Shown in pieces: positions 25,040-36,991 of a stretch of 64,000 nucleotides of DNA. Position 1 is the stretch's first letter, and each line of letters opens with the position of its first letter. This stretch comes from the human T2T-CHM13v2.0 reference genome, Homo sapiens. Under the pieces are notes generated by a model. It was not told where the DNA came from. It saw only the letters and a list, made by a program, of their open reading frames with translations, and did not search any database. Location of the stretch: NCBI RefSeq assembly GCF_009914755.1, contig NC_060926.1, one strand, 5' to 3'. The position numbers and the translations under genes are program-made.

Positions 25040-26966
25040 TACACAATAGCGTATTATTAACCATAGTCACCACACTGTGCATTAGACCCCCAGAACCTAT
25101 TCATCTTAGAACCGAAATTTTATAGCACCTGACCAACATTTCCCCACTCCCAGCCGCTAGCAACCACAGTCCTCCTCTCTGCTTCTATGAGTTCAACCTG
25201 TTTAGATTCCACATGTGAGTGAGATCATGTAGTATTTGCCCTTCTGCGCCTGGCTTATTCCACTTAGCAGAATATCCTCCAGGTTCATCTGTATTGTCAT
25301 AAATGGCAGGATTTCCTTTTTTATGGCTGAGTGATATTCCATTCTATGTGTCTGCTGTATTTTCTTTGTCCTTTCATCTGTTGATGGACATGGAGGTTGT
25401 TTACACCTCTTCTACGTAATAATATTAACGCTGCAATTTACACCTCTTCTACATAATAATGTTAATGCTGCAATGAACATGAGGGTGCAGCTATCACTTT
25501 CAGACACTGATTTCATTTCCTTTGGTTGTGTACCCAGAGGTGGGATCACGTGGTAGCTCTAGTTTAAAATTTTTGTATTTATTTTCAAATTTATCCACAA
25601 GCCTCTTGTTGCCTGTTCATTTTTGTAATTATATCTTCTATTTCTCTGAATATCTATGTACACCTCTACTGTATGCCATCTGAAAATTCCGGTGTTTGCA
25701 AACCTTGGGAATATACATTTTCCTTGTAGTTTCCCCTGACTTCTATGCGTGGTCACTTTCTTGGTGGACATTGTTGTGACTCTGGCTGGGATTGTCCTGT
25801 GGCCCTAAATTAGGACTGTTTTTCCTCTGAAGATTTGCTTCTTCTAGCAGCAAGGGGGAGGCGGGGGACCTGCCTAAGACCACATCAACCTGGAATGTGG
25901 TTTTGTACTTCGTCACTATTCTGCTGTAAACATCCACCCCTGGGATTACCCCTTCTGACTGCTCTGTGTCTAGGTCATAGTATTGTGATATGTTTCACAG
26001 GGGTTGGTGGGGGGAGGTGGCTCTTTAGGAGCTCTGACGGCAGCAGAGTGATGAGTTATTGTTTCATTGGAATCATCCTGTATTCCTGAGTTATCCAGGG
26101 AAAGAATACACGCATGCTTCCTATGAATCACAAACAGCCATGCACGAGCCAAGCTGTCATGGGATCATTATAGCTCCGGTGCAAGAAGACGTGATAGAAA
26201 AGATGGAGACTCCATCGAGCTCCAGGCTGGGAGACAACAAGGGAGCAGTCAGACGGGAGAGCTGCTCACCTAGACTCAAGACATTGCAGGCAAGGGCAAT
26301 GCTTCAGCACTAGAAGGATGAAACACACGCACTTTGTGTGGTGAGGGAGGAAAAGAAGAGTTTGATGGAAAGACGAGGAAAAGAACCAAGCCCCTCTTAG
26401 CTGGTGACCACTCAGCTCCGATGAGCATCACCTGGGGAAGGTGAACAGACTGCCCTTCAAATCAAATTTGGAGTAATGGAGAGAGGAAATGTGGCTGGGG
26501 TGGCTTCTAGGAGTTACGGCAGGGGAAGGAAGATTAAGTCACATTTTTCTAGTTTAACGAATCCATGGGCATCTTTTACTTGCTTTCCTAAAATGATAAT
26601 TATAAAAAAGGAGTAGTTCACAATATAATTTAAAAAACACAATATATTCCTACTATAAGGAACAATGTATAGCATTTAAAGGTAGGAAAACAGGTCATTC
26701 ACTGGCAGCCTTAACTTCTCTCTTTCCTCTTGTCTTTTTGCAAAACAGAACTTTTTGCAGTTGGCCATGGCTGCCCTGCACAAAATTAGTAAGTTTACAA
26801 GGGAGACAATCGTTTAATTGCAAATCATGTCCATGCTGGTCGAAGTTGAAACCATCTTCCCTTCACATCATCCCATTCACTTTCTTTTCTTTCCCCAACA
26901 AGCAGATGTGCAGTGGCCGGGCCGAGCCATGAAAGAACGGCAGGAGGATCCGGACACCACTGTGGC

Positions 26967-27765
26967 TGCACTAATGTTCTGGGGCTGCTGCAACGCAGGA
27001 CCACATGCTGCCAATCTCAAAACAAGAAAAATGTGTCCTCTCCCAGTTCTGGAGGCCAGAAGTCTAGGATCAAGGTGCTGGCAGGGCCATGCTCTCTCTG
27101 AAGGCCCTAGAGGAGGATCCTTCGGAAATGGACTAAATTGTGTCTACCCAAAATTTCTAGGTCGAAGCCCCACCCCCACGTGACACTATTTGGAGGTGGG
27201 CCCTTCATGGAGGTAATTAAGTTAAGTGAAGTCATAAGGGTGGGGTCCTAATCCAATAGGACTGTGACCTTACAAGGAGAGGGAGGGACACTAGAGCTGT
27301 CTGTCTCCAGGCACATACAAACCGTGTGAGCACATAGAAGGAAGGTACCATCTCCAAGCCAGGAAGTAGGCTTCACTGGAAAACATCCCTGACAGCACCT
27401 TGACCTTGGACTTCCCAGGCTCCTGGATGGTGGGAAATATATGTCTGTTGTTGAAGCTGCCCAGTCGGCAGCATTTTGTTACAACAGCCTGAGCTGCCTA
27501 ATCCACCTCCTGCCTCTTCCAGCTCCTGGGGACCCCAGGAATGCCTTGGCTGTAGCCCTACAGCTCCAATCTCTGCCTCCATCTTCACGTGGCCTCCTCT
27601 TCTGTCTCTAAGAACATTTATTATATTTAAGGCCCACCCAGTTTGTCAGGAATGATCTCATCTACAGATCCTTAATCCACAGAGACCCTTTTCCCAAAAG
27701 GTCATGCTTGTGGGTTTCAGGAGTGAGGACACAGGCCCACTTTGGTGGAATCCACTCACGAGCCT
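26967..27765 (-). mobile_element. MLT1C-like LTR, split by nested LTR
   Basis: cagttctggaggccagaagtctaggatcaaggtgctggcagggccatg resumes as tgcctcttccagctcctgg after the insert. Confidence 0.8.
27124..27505 (+). mobile_element. MLT1A/A0-like LTR nested in MLT1C
   Basis: atggactaaattgtgt...gcagcattttgttacaacagcctgagctgcctaatcca; TSD ccttc/cctcc. Confidence 0.85.
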
Positions 27766-29430
27766 GTTTGCTCATCTGTGTGTGTGCAGGAAATTCACCG
27801 AGAGCCTTCTGGGTGCGGATTGCTGCCCTCAGTCTTTGGCTGTGGCTCCTTCTGTCCAAGTACCTCTTCCAGGAGCATCTGTTCTCCAGCAGCGCATGGG
27901 GTGACATAAATTCACTCTATTTGATTTAGGGAAGCCTGGGTTTTGTTCTAAACCTGAGCCTTTGAATTTATTTTCATCCCTTTGGCTGCCAGGTTTGTGA
28001 ACTCTGTAATGAGCGAGGAGCCTTCAGTGATTCCTGAGATCCTTTCTAGTTTCATAACATTATAAAATTCCTCACCCCATCCCCAGACACCAGGATTTCA
28101 TTCCATTTCTCTAACAGGACAACACATATCTGGAGAGCAGTGACCCAAGACACATCTTGTCCAGCGGGTCCCTCATCCCTGTCACAGAACTGGGGACTGG
28201 CCCCTCCAACTGAGCACTGCTGCACACCTGGTGGGGTGCAGGTCACGCTGGATTCTGTTGACCTTCAAACACACAGCCTTGGTGCATTGGGAACCTGGTG
28301 TTCATTTGCAAGCTCTGGACGTCTGGCATGCTGGCTGGCACAAAGTAGACACTCAACAAAGCCCAGGGAAAGGGAGTACAAGCAGCCCTCTGCAATAGAA
28401 GCTGCCAAGTCTTACAAAGTCTGTTAGCCTGGCTTTGAGCTGATAACTGGACTGTGGGTACAGAGTGAATAAAGCACTAAGGGGAAGCTACTGTGGCAGG
28501 ATTTGCCTCTGTATTTACGGCAGAGTGTGTGCTGTGCACAGCGGCAGAACACACAGCATGTGCCCAGCTTGTGCTGCATGTAGCTGAGCTCCTCTGCTCC
28601 CTACTGCCCTCCCCATTGCCACTTCGGGGCTGGCGCAGGGTCCGGTTCCTCCTCTGTTACCCTCCCTGGGTCCCACCTCTATTCCCAAATGCAGTGTTTT
28701 CCCTGATAAACTTTCTGAAGACAAAGATTTGTCCTCTGCGACCCTCCAAAGTGCTGGACTTCCTTGCTAGCTCAGCAGGGCCTGACAGGGAGACCGGCTG
28801 TGGGGTGTGGACGCCCATATGAGTCATGGGGATCTGGGTACCGGAGCTGGCTTTACATCCATCTGTGAGTGGGCACCAGCCCATGGGGACAGATGGACGC
28901 CAGCCCAGGCTCCTCCCAGGGATGATGAGACCTCCGTGTCTAAGGGCTTAGATGTTGCTCTTGACTCTGGGCAGCACTTGCAAACCACTGTCTATGTGGA
29001 GCCTCAGCCAGCCTGCTCAGTGCTCTCCTTAAGAAAGGGGCATTTTCATAACGCATTGAGCGTGTCCAGCGGACGCCCTGGAGGAATCTGGCCCCACTTG
29101 ACTCAGGAGGCCGGCGCTGACTGAGTTGTGGGAGGAGCCCCTCGCTGAGGACGGGGAATAAGCAGAAGCAGTGGCCTGATGTTCAGGTGAGGAAGATCCC
29201 CTTTCTCCTAGGCGACTTCTGTGCCAGTTTTTCTTCCGGGAGCTCTCACTAGCCAAGCAGTTATGATGCGCTTCATCACAGCACATGCTTATCCCAACAC
29301 ACTTCTCAACATTCAGTAGATTCTTCTTACACAGAACTGCAAGAGCAAGACAACTTCAGCCTCCTCTCTATGATCTCATTTAATCTCGTAAGAGCCATGG
29401 GAGGCATCAATGACTTTCTGATGCAATGCA

Positions 29431-29863
29431 TGTTGTGGCAGGTCAGATTCTGTCCTCCCAGTGATGTGTTCACATCCTGACTGCTGGAACCTGTGGATGT
29501 TTGCTAATTTGGAAGCAGGTTCTTTGCAGGAACAATCAAGTTAAGATGAGCTTGCACTGGATTGATGGGCCCCACTCTAATGCCAAGCGTCTTTACAGGA
29601 ATAGAGAACTGTGGACACAGACACACGGAATATGCCACATGAAGACACAGCCACACAGGGAAGGAGTGTGTGAGGAGGGAGGCAGAGATGGGAGCGATGT
29701 GGCCACAAGCCAAGGAGCACCTGGGGCCTCCAGAAGCTGGAGAGGCAGAAAGGGTCCTCCCCTGGGGCCTTGGGAGGGACATGGCCCTTAGATGTCTTGA
29801 TCTTGAACTTCTCACCCCTCAGTCTGTGGTGGCCTATTACGGCAGCCCAGGGAAGCTAGTCCT
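29431..29863 (+). mobile_element. MLT1C-like LTR
   Basis: ggaggcagagatgggagcgatgtggccacaagccaaggagcacctggggcctccagaagctggagaggca. Confidence 0.8.
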
Positions 29864-30079
29864 GATGGGCAAGGGAGATGCAGCAACCTCCAGCCATGCC
29901 AAGATGCACACAGCAGGCAGGGGGAGAGCTGGAGCTGAGTCCGAGCTCCCTGCACCTCCAGGGTGGTGTCCTTCCCTTTCGTGTTGCAGCAAACCCCTTG
30001 CAGGGTCCTCTTTTGAGTGTATCCACTTTGACTCCCTAAATACACAGAAGTGATATATTTAAAGGCAGGAACACCAACT

Positions 30080-30215
30080 CCTAGATTTCTTCATCTATGA
30101 AATATGAATAACAGTAACTACCCAGATGGTGTTCATGCGGATTTGTGAGGAAATGCGCAGGAAGCTCTGGGGGCAGGGCCGGGCACGCAGGAAACGCTCG
30201 GCGGATGCTGTCAGT
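30080..30215 (+). mobile_element. MIR 3' half (GC-shifted)
   Basis: tttcttcatctatgaaatatgaataacagtaactacc core followed by a GC-rich version of the MIR tail. Confidence 0.65.
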
Positions 30216-30729
30216 GGGCGCCATCAATCCTGTGCCCCAGCACAGAGCGAGCTGCCCCTGTCCATCATCCCATCACAGCTTCTTCATAAACACCAGCTAC
30301 CTGGGAGGGAAACATTCATCTCTCCTTGAGAAAATGGACACCAGGGACGTGACCTAACTTACCCCATGTTCCAGAGCCAGTGGTAGCGGCAGCATAATTC
30401 CACCCAGAGCCCTCGGAACCCAGAGCCCACCTGTGTCCAGCAGGCAACACTGCCTACCTTCGTCTGTCCCTCTGAGTGTCCAGCACATTCCCAGGTGAAT
30501 GGTGGACGCTCACTGTATGCACCGTGTTTGATATTGCCATGGTCAGAATGGTGGTGAGGAAAAAAAGTCATCTTTCTGTTCCCCAAAGCCCACATTGATT
30601 AAACCCATTTCTTATGGAATGGCTGAGTGGTTGTCCTTTTTCCATTTTGCTCCAAATTAAGCAGGGATGTCCACATGAGGGAGAGTATGTGATGTCTTAG
30701 CATGGCACAGAGTCAAGAAACACAGCTGA

Positions 30730-31046
<317 letters not shown>

Positions 31047-31650
31047 TGAGGTGGGTTTTGCTTCAGCTCGATCAGCATGGGTCTATGACTTCCTCAACTC
31101 TTGAGATGATGGAAAGGGCCTTGGGAGGGGGCAGAGGCTCAGTTAGGAGCTGTTGTGAAGTAGCATGTGCAGTTGGAAGGTCTCAGTTCTGCTACAGCCC
31201 ATGCCATTTGTGGTGGTGGGACCTGGAACACATGAACGACTCTCTCAGCCCTCACCTGCAGATGGGATGCTAATGGCATCTGCCCCTGAGCTCTTGGGGA
31301 GCCTCCACGGGCCTCTGGGGTGGGCTCCTCAAAAGGCTGCCAGGCTACCAGGTGGAAGTCCTGGGCCCTTGGGCTCTAGAGCTCATCACACCCTGTGTGC
31401 ATCCTCCCTGCAACACCTAGAGTGTGCCTTCTCCTCACACATCTGAGCAGCCCAGCTCCTCCCACCCACCCGTCCCTTGAAGCCCCTCTCTGTCACTCAG
31501 AGACAGTTTGGGAGATCCCCACCCCCACCTACGAGAGGCAGGTTCCCTTCGTTTGGGCCCTGAAAGGAATATGCGCACAGCTTTGCCCTTCCAGGAGATC
31601 TCGCTTATGAAGAGTTCTCCTGGTGTGGGGGGTGTGAAAATGCCACCCTT

Positions 31651-31952
31651 GGCAGGTGAGGCAGGTGGGCAGGTGGGTAGATGAGGCAGGTGACATAGGT
31701 GGGCAGGTGGGGCAGGTGATACAGGTGGGCAGACGAGGCAGATGGGGAGGTGAAGCAAGTGAGGCTGGAGAGATAGGTGAGCAGATGAGGCAGGTGAAAC
31801 AGGTGAGCAGGTGAAGCAAGTGAGGCAGGTGAGATAGGAGGGCAGGTGGGCTGGTGATGCAGGTGGGCAGACGAGGCAGATGGGGAGGTGAAGCAAGTGA
31901 GGCAGGTGGGCAAGTGAGGCAGGTGAGACAGGTGGGCAGGTGGGTGGGTGAG
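31651..31952. repeat. Degenerate 8-9-bp tandem array of GGCAGGTG(A/G)
   Basis: About 17 CAGGTG plus ~7 CAGATG/CAAGTG in 300 bp; a ~44-bp block recurs at 31722 and 31860. Confidence 0.95.
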
Positions 31953-32349
31953 ACCGTACGTGACACCACTCAGGCCTCCTCCCCAAAGGTGGCACCAGCC
32001 TGGGCTCAGGAGCCAAGATACCCACAGAGAGAAGGATTTGTGGAGACAGCGGGAATGAGAAATGTTGTTTTGGCAGAATCTTCAGAGATGTGGTCTTTCC
32101 AGTGGGCTGCAGGCGGCTGCAGAGGCTCTTGGGGGCAGGAACGCTGTTTCTGGATCTCTGTAAGGTGATTCGGTACAAGGGCTGGGGGAGTCACACAGCA
32201 GGGCTAAGCAGGGCAGCTTCATCCCCACACTGTCGGGCACCGTGACTGCTGCCTACCAAGTAAGACCCCAGTTGGTAGTGGGCAGGTGATATGTTTCCAA
32301 ATCCATAGGCTTCAGATCAGTCACCCTGAGAATACAAAGACGACAGCAC

Positions 32350-32570
32350 CCATTGGAGCCCTTCCTCCACCACTCCCTTGTGATGTGGCCTTGGACCTTT
32401 AAAGAAAAGCGGCTAAGCCTCAGCCGGTGTATGTAAACCCAGGGCAATGCTCTCACCTGGTTATCAGGGTTACCTGTAAAGTTCGCATTAAAACAGTTAC
32501 CATAATGTCTGGGACACCAGGAGACCTAGAAATAGCAGCTATTACTGTTAGCATTTTTATTATTATTTAG
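32350..32570 (+). mobile_element. MIR (diverged)
   Basis: gatgtggccttggac...ctaagcctcag...gtaaa core and agctattactgtt tail. Confidence 0.5.
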
Positions 32571-33049
32571 GAGAAACACAGAGCCCCAGGTCTCAAAGGC
32601 AGTGCCACACAGTGTCATGCACATTATCTTTTGCACCCTCAGGAGAGCCTTTGCAGACAGGCGGGGGCGGGGGGGCACTGTTCTTCCCTCCCCCTCTTCG
32701 GGGCTGGAGACAATGGGTTCAAAGAGGGGAGCGACTCCCCAAGGCCACGGAGGCCTCTGAGTTCCCTGAGGCTCCATCCTGAGCATAAGAGCTCCCGTAA
32801 TCCAAGAAGACAGACGCCCTCTTATTTGCTTAGGAATAATTCCTCCTCTTTAGCAGCACCTATTACGACTTTTGTGGATTCAGTTCTTCCTTCCTCTTGC
32901 TGCCTTTACTGCCTGCCTTGCCATAGCAGAAATGTCTCCCACATGGAACAAGCAGGAATTATCTAGCCAAATAGGGTGCTTATTTGTGCGTATGCCCTGC
33001 CATCTCTTCCTTCACTAGGGCAAGGGGAGAGAAGAAAAAGCAGACCCAG

Positions 33050-33300
33050 ATGATTCCGTGGCGCAGTCAAAACACAGCGGCAGGCAGCCCTCCACGTTTC
33101 GAGAGCTGATTAGGCACCGCGGAGCTGCTGAGCTGCGGCAGGCACCTGGAACTTAATCAGGTCCCCAGGGGCCGGCGCAGTTAGGGCAGCTCCACTTAGG
33201 AATTGGTGCTAATTGGCGCCCCTTGTTCGCCCTCTCCCAGTTCACTCCCCAAGCCAGGGTGCAAGTATTTAGAACTCTCGCATCCCTAATAAGATACCTT
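33050..33300. promoter_or_regulatory. Candidate enhancer with homeodomain motif cluster
   Basis: Non-repeat and CpG-retaining; TGATTAG 33107, TTAATCAG 33153, CCACTTA 33192, CTAATTGG 33209. Confidence 0.35.
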
Positions 33301-33364
33301 TCCTGCCTGGGAATGTTCCCCACCTACGAGAGGAGGAGGTAGACATTAAGCAAATGCGTGTGGG

Positions 33365-33366
<2 letters not shown>

Positions 33367-33401
<35 letters not shown>

Positions 33402-33520
33402 AAAAATACATCGACACACAACACACACACTCATAGAGACAAGCAGACACAAACACATACACAAACATTGTTGCACACTCGATACACACACACACTCTCA
33501 CACACCAGACACACACACCC
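33367..33520. repeat. (CA)n microsatellite with degenerate extension
   Basis: About 15 perfect CA units, then an interrupted CA-rich tract. Confidence 0.9.
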
Positions 33521-33549
33521 CAGCGGTTCCTGTGTTGTCAGATGATGGG

Positions 33550-33905
33550 TGTCATGGATTGAATTGTGTGCCCTTAAATTCATATGCTGAAGCCCTCGCT
33601 CCAGTGTGGCTGTGTTGGAGACAGCCCTCATGGAGGTAACTAAGGTTAGATGAGGTCGTCAGGGTGGGCCCTGACCCGACAGGGCTGGTGTCCCCATAAG
33701 AGGAGGAAGGGACACAGGGGGTGTGTGTGCACAGAGGAAACCCCACGTGAGGACACAGTGAGAAGGCGTCGCTTGCAAGCCCAGAGAAGCAAGTCAGTCG
33801 GTACCTTCATCTTGGACTTCCACCTCCAGGGCCTTGAGGAATAAAGCTCTGGCCTATGTGCCTGGCCCGTGGTCTCCATTAAGGCAGCCCCAGCTGACTG
33901 AGACA
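33550..33905 (+). mobile_element. MLT1A/B or MSTD-like LTR
   Basis: tgtcatggattgaattgtgtgcccttaaattcatatgctgaagccct...ggcagccccagctgactgagaca. Confidence 0.8.
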
Positions 33906-33945
33906 GGGGGTCTGCACACTCTGCTGTGGAGGCAGAGACAGGTGC

Positions 33946-34013
33946 CACCGTACTGGGGGTCACCGTCTTACCGGGGGTCACTGTCTTACCTGGAGTCACC
34001 GTCTTACCGGGGG
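33946..34013. repeat. 18-bp tandem repeat, ~3.5 copies
   Basis: tcaccgtcttaccggggg units. Confidence 0.8.
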
Positions 34014-34479
34014 ACTTGAGAGGTGGGTGGAGCTGACCACTTTCCGGGAGGAAAGGAGTCTGACAGAAAGGCCGTTCCTCACTGGAGGACAGCGTTTGCT
34101 AAGGTGGAGGTCTGGACAGCGCTGACCCTGGAGAGCAATCAACTCAGGTTGCAGCTCAGGGGCGACACCGGACATGGCCTTGCTGCTGGCAGGCAGCCAT
34201 ATGTACCCATCTCGTGGGCCGAGGAAGCCCCTGATATCTTCCAGGGCATACTCCAGTCTCCTGGTAGTGGGTGAACTGCAGAGTTTGGCTGGAAGGAGCA
34301 GGGGCCACACGGGACTTGTTCCCGCCTTGGGTTGGGGCGAAGGGTCTACCGTGACCTGTGAGCACCCCACGCCGCCACTGCGCCAAAGGAAACTCCGTGA
34401 AGAAGGAAGGACACCCACTCACGGCTTTTCCTGAGAATTTTTAAATGCTTATAATTTACGGTAGGGAAAAATTAGTTGG

Positions 34480-34830
34480 AAAAATTCAGCTCTCACAGAA
34501 TTAAGATAACGAAACTGTCTATTCTTAACACAACTGTGTTTTCATTCAGATTAATTTTGTGGTTTGAAGTCACTATTTCAACATTAAGTTTATTTGAATA
34601 ACGTTTCTTGAACCCCTGAACTGTCATATTATGGACAGATTGAAGCGGGGGGCGGGTTGTTTTGTTTACACACAGCTATCAGCCAGGAGTGTGCATCAGG
34701 CCTTCTCTCCTGCCAATTTGCAGCTAGAAAATCAGCTGGCCTGAGTATGCTTCATACGCGGCTTCATGTTTGTCACTGACCGCACTCTGTGAGTGATCCG
34801 CAGCCTGTGGGGTTGACGTCAGGGCGGTGG
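34480..34830. promoter_or_regulatory. Candidate enhancer (RUNX, GC box, FOX, CRE motifs)
   Basis: TGTGGTT 34558, GGGGCGGG ~34649, TGTTTAC 34663, TGACGTCA 34814 in non-repeat sequence. Confidence 0.3.
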
Positions 34831-35699
34831 AGACGTGTGGGGCTGAGAGTGAGGGGAGTTCAGAGGCACAGAAGCCACCCAAGCGACCTGGAGCCAGTCC
34901 CTTCCCACTGTGAGCTTCAGTACCCTGGGCTGTAAAACGTCACGGGGTCCAGCACCAGGCTTCCCTGGGAACCTGCAGAGGCTTCAGAAGTTCAAACTCT
35001 CAGGCCCAGCCCCATAGACCCAGTGACATCCCCCGCATTCCCAGTGAGAGACAGCCACACCGAAGGTGGGAAACCCGGGCTGGGGGACGTCCAGAGCACG
35101 TCCGGCCTGAAGGTGCACGGACACCGGCCTGGGCCTAGATGGGAAGGGCCAGATCTTCTCAGGAGAGGTAGAATATTGTCGTAGGCACCTGGCACTAAGC
35201 TGTCCACAACATCATTTAATGTTTTCAGTGAGCTGGCCATTCTTTGCCCATCTTCAGAGCCACCTTTATGGGTGTAAACTGGGCCATTCAAGCCAATACT
35301 CAGGTATGGAGGAAGTCACAGGGGTACCAGGAGAGAATTAGGTGCAACGTCCCACGAATGCTGGACACCTGGCGCCACCACCATTGACTCAATGACCCTC
35401 AGCAGTGGGCACAAGTCCTCGAAGCCTCAGCTCCTCCAGATGGTCACCGAGAAACTGGGCCTGACAGAGCTGGAAGGCCACTCTAGCCTTTAGAGATTAC
35501 GGGTCCAGGTACACGGGCTGATTCTGCAGTGACCTCAGAGGCTCTTTCAAACTGCTTTCATGGGATATGCTGAAATCCTCTATATGTTCTAGTCCTGTTT
35601 CTTGCCTAAATACATAATGTGGGAAAATGGCATCTGGTTTTTTAATTTTCCTGTTGTCTTCCTGTAAGTTGGATACGTTTTCACTCTTATGAATCTGTT

Positions 35700-36900
35700 A
35701 CAGTGTCACTGATTTAATAAACATTTGTTTAATGAATTTTGTCTCACCTACTTTGTATTGTTGAAGCTTATTCCAAATGACTCCCTTACAGAAGTTAACT
35801 AAATGTCATTAAGGTGGGTACAAGGCACCATATTACTATGAGCTGTGATGAGGAAGTTCAGCCCTTTTCACAGTGGAAATTTTTCAAATGTCTGCTATGT
35901 GCAAGAAGACAACTTAGTGCCTTTCAGCTGAACTCTTGCTATTCAGGAATCACATTTCCATCTTGACCTGTGATAAGGAGCTGTCTCTCTGCCTGTGTCT
36001 TGCTGAACACCTAGGAAATGGGGCAGCTAATGGGGAGAGTCTTGTTCCCAAACAATGAGCTCCTGGCAGAGGAAATGGCCCGGGGTGAAGGGAGCACAAT
36101 ACTGGGTGAGGAATATGAGAGCATCCGACACCAGCAAGCAGGCTCTGGGGCCAGGACCAACACAGAATGTCAAAGCATGCAGAGCCTCGATCGTAAAAGG
36201 CAGAAGTTCAGTGGAGTCTGGACTCTGTCACTCCCTTAGAAAAGTGATAGGATGACCTCGCGCTGCTGGGTGGAGCGTAGCCCTTACCTGCCCCGTCCTC
36301 AGCCCAGGTCGCCTGTTCAGTGACACTCACAGGAGCCCCCTGCATGGAGCTCAGTACTCTGCTGCCACAGTCCTCTCCGAATATTTAGTGCCCCAGCACG
36401 TGAGGCAGCTGCGTGGCAATGGAGTCGATTCCAACAAAACTGGAATGGAAGCGCCTTCTCCCGTCCTCTGCACATGGACCCTACAAATACCCCTGAAAGT
36501 GTCCACCACGTGCCTGCTGTGTTCTAGACACTCACGATTCAGTGCTGAACTAGACAAGATTCCGTAAGGTTCACTTCCTAATAGGGGTTACAGATGGAAT
36601 ACACATCGACTGAAAATATAATGCCTACTTCTAATAAGTGCTATGATGAAAATAATAGACTAAAAAAGGGAAGTACTTTGTTTAGATCGGGAGGCAAAGT
36701 TGTCCCTCTCAGGGTGCGTTCCTTGATCTGGCAGCAGACTGCCTTGAAGGAGAAGACCTGGACAAAGCTACCTGGGTGGGGAGAGCTGATGGGCAAAGTC
36801 TTCCATGCTAGAAACAAACCAGGTCAGTTCCGAGTGGAGGCCCATGCAGCTGGAGCTAAGAGGCAGGTGATGGGATCAGGCAGGTGGAATGAGCACCTGT
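35700..36900 (-). mobile_element. Cluster of L2 fragments
   Basis: atttaataaacatttg tail, taataagtgctatgatgaaaata and other degenerate L2 3' motifs; several pieces. Confidence 0.45.
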
Positions 36901-36991
36901 CAGTGTGCAGCTGTCCGGGTGGGCGATGGAGAAGGCCACACTCAGCACTCAGCGTGCAGCTGTCCGGGTGGGCGATGGAGAAGGCCACACC
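36897..36991. repeat. 49-bp tandem duplication
   Basis: cag(t/c)gtgcagctgtccgggtgggcgatggagaaggccacac at 36901 and 36950. Confidence 0.87.

Larger units (their letters stand above)
24645..25575 (-). mobile_element. L1MA8/9-like 3' end
   Basis: catctcacatagttacc, cacttaagatctatgctcttggcaaatttcaagtatacaat, tttttatggctgagtgatattccatt; interrupted by a FLAM. Confidence 0.8.

Noticed and set aside
31435-32178. 247-aa Pro/His/Leu-rich ORF
   Set aside because: Spans the CAGGTG repeat, with no recognisable domain or gene structure.
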